NCBI GenBank assembly: GCA_963663475.2
Contig: CAXXJV010000001.1
Span: 1,152,001-1,216,000 of the forward strand
DNA length: 64,000 bases
Source of the DNA: Candidatus Cloacimonadales bacterium
GTDB lineage: Bacteria > Cloacimonadota > Cloacimonadia > Cloacimonadales > JAFGVF01
Reading direction: 5' to 3'
Positions 57,915 to 64,000 of this stretch are shown here, in pieces; positions within the stretch are counted from its first letter, which is position 1; each line of letters opens with the position of its first letter. The notes beneath the pieces are model-generated. The model did no database searches. It saw only the letters and a program-made list of their open reading frames with translations, and was not told the DNA's origin. A program made the translations under genes and the position numbers.

Positions 57915-58676
57915 TTATAGCTTTTGTCCTAAAATTATTAAATTATCAGAATCTGCTTTTACTTTATTTAAATCAAAATCTCCATAGATGTCAAGAAGCT
58001 TAAAACCACAGTGGTGTAATAGTAAGTGTAAGAATTCAATCCTTATGCCCTTTAAGGCAAGATGATGGTGAATAACTTGACGATTTCCTGTTTCATCTTC
58101 AAGTACATAACTATCATACCAGTTAGTAATCTGCCTTAACCTATCTACTGTATGTGAGGTAAACATAGATATTTCTTTTTTAAGTTCTTTGTGATATTTT
58201 TTATAGAGGAGAACTTTCTGCTGTTCTTGAGGTAAATCACAGGTATAGGGGCAAATATCAAAGGCGATATATGCCTTAGGATTCATGAATTTATTAATAT
58301 GCATTAAGGCCTTAATTTGGTCTTCAAGTTCTAGTAAATATTGAAATGTGGAGTAACTATAGAAGACAAAATCATATTTTTGTGGTAGAATATAAGAGGT
58401 CATATCTCCCAAGAATATTTTTTCTTTAGGAAAGTTAGGATGATTAGATTTCATCATCTTTATCAGAAGAGGAGATTTATCTAAAGCTGATATATCAATG
58501 TTATTTTGGGCTAGTTTACTACTAATCCTTCCTGAACCGCAACCAATCTCCAAAACCTTTCCAGGAAATCTCTTACATAACTTAAGCCAAGCCTTATAAT
58601 CACTAGTTTGATGTGAATTTATAGCATATAATTCCCAATCAAAAAGAAAGGCATAATCATCCCAATTAAGCTGCAT
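57915..58676 (-). CDS. class I SAM-dependent methyltransferase
   Basis: VLEIGCGSGRI, ALD.S, GDM, YGDFD. Confidence 0.9.
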   Translation of the reverse strand: MQLNWDDYAFLFDWELYAINSHQTSDYKAWLKLCKRFPGKVLEIGCGSGRISSKLAQNNIDISALDKSPLLIKMMKSNHPNFPKEKIFLGDMTSYILPQKYDFVFYSYSTFQYLLELEDQIKALMHINKFMNPKAYIAFDICPYTCDLPQEQQKVLLYKKYHKELKKEISMFTSHTVDRLRQITNWYDSYVLEDETGNRQVIHHHLALKGIRIEFLHLLLHHCGFKLLDIYGDFDLNKVKADSDNLIILGQKL

Positions 58677-58681
58677 AATCT

Positions 58682-59182
58682 TTACTCCTCTTGGCAGATT
58701 AGTTTCTTTATTGAATCAGCTGTCTCTTCAATAGTCATATCTGAAGAATCTACCTTGATAGTATTCATGTCGTAATAGGCAGCTAGTCTTTCAATACTTG
58801 CTTGGATTTGGTCATCACTTCTCCCAGCTTTAACTAATCTTTGACGTATAATGGCTGGTCTAGCAATCAAGGATATTTTAATAATTTCTACATTTTCTGG
58901 CTTGGAAAGCTTTTCAATCAGAGAATCAAGCAACCATTCATAGGGGATAACCCAATTAAAGACAATATATTTAATCGAAGAATTAGCTATAAAGTTATTT
59001 AATAGGTAGCTGATATTATCTTCTACCATTCTTTTATTTTCAGCAGTTACTTGGAAGGGATTAAGCATCCAACACCAATCTCCATCCAACCAAACAGAAT
59101 CTTCTAACTTCTGGTATAGTTCTTGGCTGACTGCTGTTTTCCCAATACCAGGGCTACCATTAATTATTATCAGCTTTTTCAT
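58682..59182 (-). CDS. P-loop nucleotide kinase-like (AAA_18/33-type) protein
   Basis: IINGSPGIGKT, WLDGDWCW. Confidence 0.85.
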   Translation of the reverse strand: MKKLIIINGSPGIGKTAVSQELYQKLEDSVWLDGDWCWMLNPFQVTAENKRMVEDNISYLLNNFIANSSIKYIVFNWVIPYEWLLDSLIEKLSKPENVEIIKISLIARPAIIRQRLVKAGRSDDQIQASIERLAAYYDMNTIKVDSSDMTIEETADSIKKLICQEE

Positions 59183-60867
59183 TACATCTCTTCTAAAGTT
59201 TGGATTCCTAGTAAGTCAAGCACTATGCCGATTGTATTTCTAAAAGCAGCTACAAGAGCTAAACGTTGACCTGAAAATTGGCTCTTGAGAACTGGACACT
59301 CATGGAAAAAATGATTGAAACTTTGACAGAGATCATAAGCATAGTTGGCTAGCATTGAGGGAACTAATTTCTGGATAGAATCATGTAATACTTGAGGGAA
59401 GTTTGCTATCTTTTTGATTAAACGCATCTCACTTTGGTTAGCAGACCATGGCTGAGTATCCATTTCCCTATTAGCTTTACGTAAAATTGAAGAAGCTCTA
59501 GCATAACTGTAGAGTAGATAAGGACCTGTATCACCTTCAAAGCGGATAGCTTCTTTAGGATTAAAAATCATGTTTTTACTAGTTTCTGTTTTAAGAAGTT
59601 GGTATTTTATAGCAGCTAAAGATATGGCTAAGGCCCTTTTTTCTACTTCAGCTGAATCCATATCTTCATATCTTTTTAAGATTTCATCTTTGGCTAGATC
59701 GGCAGTATTAATTATCAGATCATCAGCATCAACAACAGTGCCTTCTCTTGATTTCATTTTTCCTTCTGGAAGCTCAACCATGCCATAAGATAAGTGCTGA
59801 ATACCATCAGCATAACTGGCTCCTAACATTTGTAAAATTCTTTTAAGAACTGTGAAGTGATATTCTTGCTCATTTCCAACAACATAAATTGACTTATCAT
59901 AGGAGAAATCTTGGTTCTTTAAATAGGCTAAATAAATATCCTGAACGATATAAACAGAAGTTCCATTAGATCTAAGCAAGACTTTCTCACCTAAGCCATA
60001 TTCCTCTAGATCGGCTACGATAGCACCATCTTCCCGCTTAGTAAAAATGCCTCTTTCTAAACCATCAAGTATTATTTCTTTACCATTTTTGAAAATCTTA
60101 CTTTCATAATATTCTTTGTCAAAAGATGTACCAAACAATCTAAAAGTTTCCTTAAAACCTGAAAAAGCCCACTCATTCATCTGCTGCCAAAGAGAAACAA
60201 CTTGAGGGTTTCCAGCTTCCCATTTTTCTAGCATTTGCAAGGCTTTATCTTCATAATTAGTATCAATTTTTGCCTGCTGAGCAAATTTCACATAGTAATC
60301 ACCAACAAAGTGATCTGACTTTATTCCAAGCTCTTCAGGTCTTTGACCATTAGCGAAATCTTGATAAGACAGCATTGATTTGCAAATATGGACACCTCTG
60401 TCATTAAAAATACATGTCTTGAATACTTCTTGTCCGCCATAAGCTAATATCCTAGCAGTACTTTCCCCAATGGCCATATTTCTTAGATGACCTAGATGCA
60501 AAGGTTTGTTGGTGTTAGGGGAACAGTATTCGACAACTGTTTGGGTCCTGGAATGACCTCTACCATAATCTGATTGCAGAGCTTGCTCTAATACTTGATT
60601 AATAACCCATTCTGCTTCCAGGAAGATATTCAGATAACCTCCAACTGCTTGTAGATTAGCAAATTCAGGATATGATTTGAATCTTTCCGCTAAATCTTGG
60701 GCTATTAGATTTGGACTTTTCCTAAACTGCTTGGCTAAACTAAAGCATGGAAGAGCAAAGTCTCCCATCTCATCATTTGGGGGTGTCTCAATTACTCTTG
60801 TTAAATCTTCAAGAGTAAAAAATTCTGATAATTCTTTATGTAATATTTGGATTATTTCATTTTTCAT
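59182..60867 (-). CDS. argS: arginine--tRNA ligase
   Basis: GDFALPCF, PNTNKPLHLGH (HIGH), KMKSREG, GDTGPYL.Y.YAR, C-terminal EEM; ATG 60867 after gagg. Confidence 0.97.
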   Translation of the reverse strand: MKNEIIQILHKELSEFFTLEDLTRVIETPPNDEMGDFALPCFSLAKQFRKSPNLIAQDLAERFKSYPEFANLQAVGGYLNIFLEAEWVINQVLEQALQSDYGRGHSRTQTVVEYCSPNTNKPLHLGHLRNMAIGESTARILAYGGQEVFKTCIFNDRGVHICKSMLSYQDFANGQRPEELGIKSDHFVGDYYVKFAQQAKIDTNYEDKALQMLEKWEAGNPQVVSLWQQMNEWAFSGFKETFRLFGTSFDKEYYESKIFKNGKEIILDGLERGIFTKREDGAIVADLEEYGLGEKVLLRSNGTSVYIVQDIYLAYLKNQDFSYDKSIYVVGNEQEYHFTVLKRILQMLGASYADGIQHLSYGMVELPEGKMKSREGTVVDADDLIINTADLAKDEILKRYEDMDSAEVEKRALAISLAAIKYQLLKTETSKNMIFNPKEAIRFEGDTGPYLLYSYARASSILRKANREMDTQPWSANQSEMRLIKKIANFPQVLHDSIQKLVPSMLANYAYDLCQSFNHFFHECPVLKSQFSGQRLALVAAFRNTIGIVLDLLGIQTLEEM

Positions 60868-60942
60868 AGAAACCTCGTAAATCATTATAAATGTCAATAT
60901 TTTAATTATTGATAAATGGGCAATGATTTTTTTTAGTATTTA

Positions 60943-61105
60943 ACCCAAATAATGCAGTAGACCTTTGTGAATAGCACTATATTCTTCTGCAAAAGTAGCT
61001 TCCATAATTTTCATGAATATATATATTACATGCTTTCATATTCTGTAACTTATTTTACTAAAAGGATATGCACTCTTCTCTAAAACTCTACTATACCATT
61101 CAGAA
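60943..61105. mobile_element. MITE-like element copy 10 (long form)
   Basis: acccaaataatgcagtagacctttg...aaaactctactataccattcagaa|taa. Confidence 0.78.
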
Positions 61106-61106
61106 T

Positions 61107-61139
61107 AAAGAGGGGAAAAACATCTGAATTTTTCCCCTC
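61107..61139 (-). terminator. probable terminator after the DUF4340 gene
   Basis: gaggggaaaaa/tttttcccctc stem; short U-run on the minus strand. Confidence 0.6.
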
Positions 61140-61172
61140 AAATCACTTGTCATCTTTTTATGATGATATATA

Positions 61173-62093
61173 TTATTTTACTAATTCTGTTAAATCAATA
61201 TCAAAATCCTCTCTAACATTCTTTTGAATAAGATAAAGGGGAGATTTCTGACTTCCCAACTGCAACAAATCACTTGTAGAATCATAAGGGATAATAGTTA
61301 GAATCTTAGATCCTGAATCAGAGGTATTAATCTTAATTGATAACTGAGGATCACTAAGTAAATCTTGGTAATTCTCATATTCTTTATCTAAGAAGTCGGT
61401 AGCTCTTAAAGACTTAAAGCGATTAAGCAGTTTTTTCATTACTTGATTATTATCTTCAACATCTTGAGAGAAGTCATTTTCTGTAAACTTCCAGAGAGAA
61501 TCTGCATAAGCAAATTTATAGTTTCTTTCTTTGCTAATCACGTGGAAGTCTAGAATATTATCTGTATCTAATTCCAGAATAATATTTTCTCTCCATCCTT
61601 TTATATCTGGCTTAATTGACCAACTTAAGTTTTCTGAAAGCTGGTAAATTTCAGTAGATTGGGGATGGCGAGCATATGAGAAATTATAGTTTTCAGCTCT
61701 TCCAATCAAGGCCTTTCTTATTATATTACCTTCTGCATCGAAGATAGTAATTAAGGTTGCTAAACTATCTTTCACGTTATAGGCTTCTTGAGCCTTTTCG
61801 GAAATAGCAATAGGCATAGAAGATGTTTTACAGGAAGTTAATTTATTGATTAAATCTTCACTTTTTCTCTTTTTAATAGGAGATTCTACTGGATCAGTCA
61901 TTTCCCAGGTATCACTATTCTTAACTAAGGTTATTGATCCTGTGGTATCCGTTAAGACAATTGTATGAAAATTATCTGCATTCTCACCAAAATAATAGAA
62001 TACCTTCTCGGTAGGTTCATTCATATTGATAATCATGAATATTCCTGCAACTAATAAGAGGACAAGTAGGGCTATTATATTTTTTCTATTCAT
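61173..62093 (-). CDS. DUF4340 domain protein
   Basis: N-terminal TM (MNRKNIIALLVLLLV), WEMTDP, LIG....YAR, WRE; directly follows a gldG-like gene; ATG 62093 preferred. Confidence 0.75.
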   Translation of the reverse strand: MNRKNIIALLVLLLVAGIFMIINMNEPTEKVFYYFGENADNFHTIVLTDTTGSITLVKNSDTWEMTDPVESPIKKRKSEDLINKLTSCKTSSMPIAISEKAQEAYNVKDSLATLITIFDAEGNIIRKALIGRAENYNFSYARHPQSTEIYQLSENLSWSIKPDIKGWRENIILELDTDNILDFHVISKERNYKFAYADSLWKFTENDFSQDVEDNNQVMKKLLNRFKSLRATDFLDKEYENYQDLLSDPQLSIKINTSDSGSKILTIIPYDSTSDLLQLGSQKSPLYLIQKNVREDFDIDLTELVK

Positions 62094-63657
62094 AAATCTT
62101 CTCCAACATTCTCTTTTTATTATTGTATAGTTTGAAAGAAAGCAAGCCATAAAGAATTAATAAGATAGATGGAAGTAGAATATTAGTCCATTTTATAAGT
62201 TTTTTCTTCTGACTTGAGATATCAGATTTAAGAGGTTTATACTCAGTCCCACGTGAGCGAAGTTGGATTAATGAACCATCTCCAACAATAGTATCTAAAG
62301 TATTTAAAACAAACTCCATATTTGTTTTGTTACCAGCTCCTGCATCATCAAGTAAAATCTCAGAATCAGCAAGGTAGATAATTTGAGTTGGTTGCGATTC
62401 CTTAATATTGTCAGGAATATCTGTTTGGTTAGCAAAGTAGCTTTTGAATGTACCTTGATAGATACCAGCTAGAGTAGCTGCTTCCTCATTTAACATTGTT
62501 TCTAAATCTTTATTCATGTAGTTATTAACATTAATATCGAAACGAGGTGCTGCAACTCTTTTACTGTTTTGAGATGTGTATATTAGAGGGGTGAAAGTGA
62601 TACCTTCAGGAAGATTACTTGCATCTAATTCTGAAGGGAAAACTAAAGACATAACTTCGATGTTACCTACTAAATCAGCATCTTCATTAAAATTGCTAAT
62701 AATAGGAATGAAAGGGTATTTAACAGGTGTTTGCATAGTAAACATACCCTGCCTTCTACTCAAGTTAACCTGACCACAATTTGCATCACCTACTAAATTT
62801 TGTTTCACATTGATACCATAAGAACTAAGTAAGTCAAAGAGATTAGACTTGATAGCTTCAGCCTGTTGAGTTTGAATCGAAGCTCTTACTCTATCCTGGA
62901 AGAAGGCAACAGAGCCACCTTTCATGATAAATTGGTCAAGATTATATAATTGGTCAAAAGAAAGAGAGTCTTTTAAACCAGTAATAACCAAGCCGTCAAT
63001 ATCATCACTCAATGGTTGGGATAAATCACTTTCTTCTACTTGATATGATTCAGCTAAGAGAGCATTAAAAGTTGAATAATTATCTCTTGCCCGACCAAAC
63101 ATGTCTTGAGATACTTCTTGAGGTTTGAAGACTGCTATTTTCTTTTGCTTATCTGAAATGAGCTTTTTGATAGCAGAAGTGATATCATATTCTAAGCCTT
63201 GAGTCTTTTGAACAAGGGGAATAGTCTCTGTTTTTCCTTGGTAGAGAAAGGCTAAGCCTAGATAAACTTCTCGAATCTCCATTTTATCATTTTCATTTAT
63301 CTGCATTTGGACAGGTTGAATCATATTCTTTTGAGCTTCATTCTTTAACTCTTCTTCAGAAGCAGGATCTATAAATTCAAATTTAAGATGTCCCTTAGAA
63401 TAGACAGCATATTCTGCTAATAAATCTTTGGTATATCTACGAGCATCAGCATACTCAGGAGGTAGATTTTCCGAGAAATAAGCCTTAACTACTAGTCTAT
63501 CCTCTAAGCTTTGAATTGTGTTTTTGGATGTTTCAGATAAAGAATACATCTTGTTTTTAGATAAATCAAAGCGATGGAAGAGTGATACTGAAATCAAGTT
63601 TAATATTACTATAATACCAATTATGATTAATACATTTATCCATAAAGATTTTTTCAT
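62086..63657 (-). CDS. gldG: GldG-family ABC auxiliary protein
   Basis: RFDLSKNKMYSLS, AYFS.NLP, FIDP, LEYDIT.AI, LDQFIMKGG, N.EF.LN..D, C-terminal TM. Confidence 0.85.
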   Translation of the reverse strand: MKKSLWINVLIIIGIIVILNLISVSLFHRFDLSKNKMYSLSETSKNTIQSLEDRLVVKAYFSENLPPEYADARRYTKDLLAEYAVYSKGHLKFEFIDPASEEELKNEAQKNMIQPVQMQINENDKMEIREVYLGLAFLYQGKTETIPLVQKTQGLEYDITSAIKKLISDKQKKIAVFKPQEVSQDMFGRARDNYSTFNALLAESYQVEESDLSQPLSDDIDGLVITGLKDSLSFDQLYNLDQFIMKGGSVAFFQDRVRASIQTQQAEAIKSNLFDLLSSYGINVKQNLVGDANCGQVNLSRRQGMFTMQTPVKYPFIPIISNFNEDADLVGNIEVMSLVFPSELDASNLPEGITFTPLIYTSQNSKRVAAPRFDINVNNYMNKDLETMLNEEAATLAGIYQGTFKSYFANQTDIPDNIKESQPTQIIYLADSEILLDDAGAGNKTNMEFVLNTLDTIVGDGSLIQLRSRGTEYKPLKSDISSQKKKLIKWTNILLPSILLILYGLLSFKLYNNKKRMLEKIYE

Positions 63658-63666
63658 AATTCCCTC

Positions 63667-64000
63667 CTATCTCTTCTTTAAGTCTAAACTTGTACTTGCT
63701 AAAAAGAGGAATAAATAGGTTAATGAACCGAAATAGATAATATTACGAGTATCAATAACTCCCTTAGCAATGTTTGAGAAGTGGTAATTTATGCTCAAAT
63801 ACTGGAAAAAACCAGAAATAGCTGAAGGTATGAAAAAGAGAGCATAATCTAAGATATAAAAGAAAAATACAATAACAAAGCTGATAATGAAGGCAATAAT
63901 TTGATTCTTAGTTAAACAAGAAGCAAAGATGCCTATTGCTGAATAGGTAGAAGCTAAGAGGATTAGTCCAAGATAACCTGTAAACATAGCTCCTGCATCC
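63667..64000 (-). CDS. gldF: GldF-like ABC-2 permease, 5'-truncated by window edge
   Basis: GYLGL.L....AIG.FAS.LT.NQI.AF, HF..IAKGVID.R.I.YF. Confidence 0.82.
   Translation of the reverse strand, partial: DAGAMFTGYLGLILLASTYSAIGIFASCLTKNQIIAFIISFVIVFFFYILDYALFFIPSAISGFFQYLSINYHFSNIAKGVIDTRNIIYFGSLTYLFLFLASTSLDLKKR

Noticed and set aside
5207-61105. CRISPR array interpretation of the recurring ~25-bp sequence
   Set aside because: Copies are dispersed inverted pairs, not tandem direct repeats with spacers; no cas genes
952-63718. Many 60-130 aa ORFs nested in or antisense to long genes (e.g. 9496, 11583, 18950, 19343, 29278, 51133)
   Set aside because: Shadow frames produced by codon bias of the real genes; no independent RBS or motifs

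Overview
AT-rich bacterial chromosome segment. The FlgD-Ig/T9SS-type C-terminal domains (YPNPFNP...KKMILMK), PorV-like barrels and fhs suggest an anaerobic FCB-superphylum organism such as Candidatus Cloacimonadota; this is an inference, not a database result. Housekeeping genes (glyS, pta, purM, rpiB, glyA, fhs, argS, transporters) are interleaved with a large secreted/outer-membrane complement: (1) a probable operon of TonB-dependent receptor, ExbB, 2x ExbD, TonB, a 1061-aa CTD protein, a PorV-like barrel and a CTD cargo protein; (2) three paralogous secreted proteins of unknown function; (3) two tandem ~1700-aa gingipain-adhesin-like proteins; (4) an S8 protease; (5) a GldF/GldG/DUF4340 module. 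Non-coding highlights: a candidate sigma-54-driven ~130-nt sRNA (about 29806-29938); a sigma-54 promoter with twin ATGTA-N9-TACAT palindromes upstream of the S8 protease, with a TPR-AAA+ sigma-54 activator encoded in the same window; ten copies of a MITE-like element, six flanked by TAA direct repeats, with interchangeable internal cargo; a perfect 35-bp inverted repeat; and a GC-rich structured element between glyS and pta. No rRNA, tRNA, CRISPR array or transposase was recognised.
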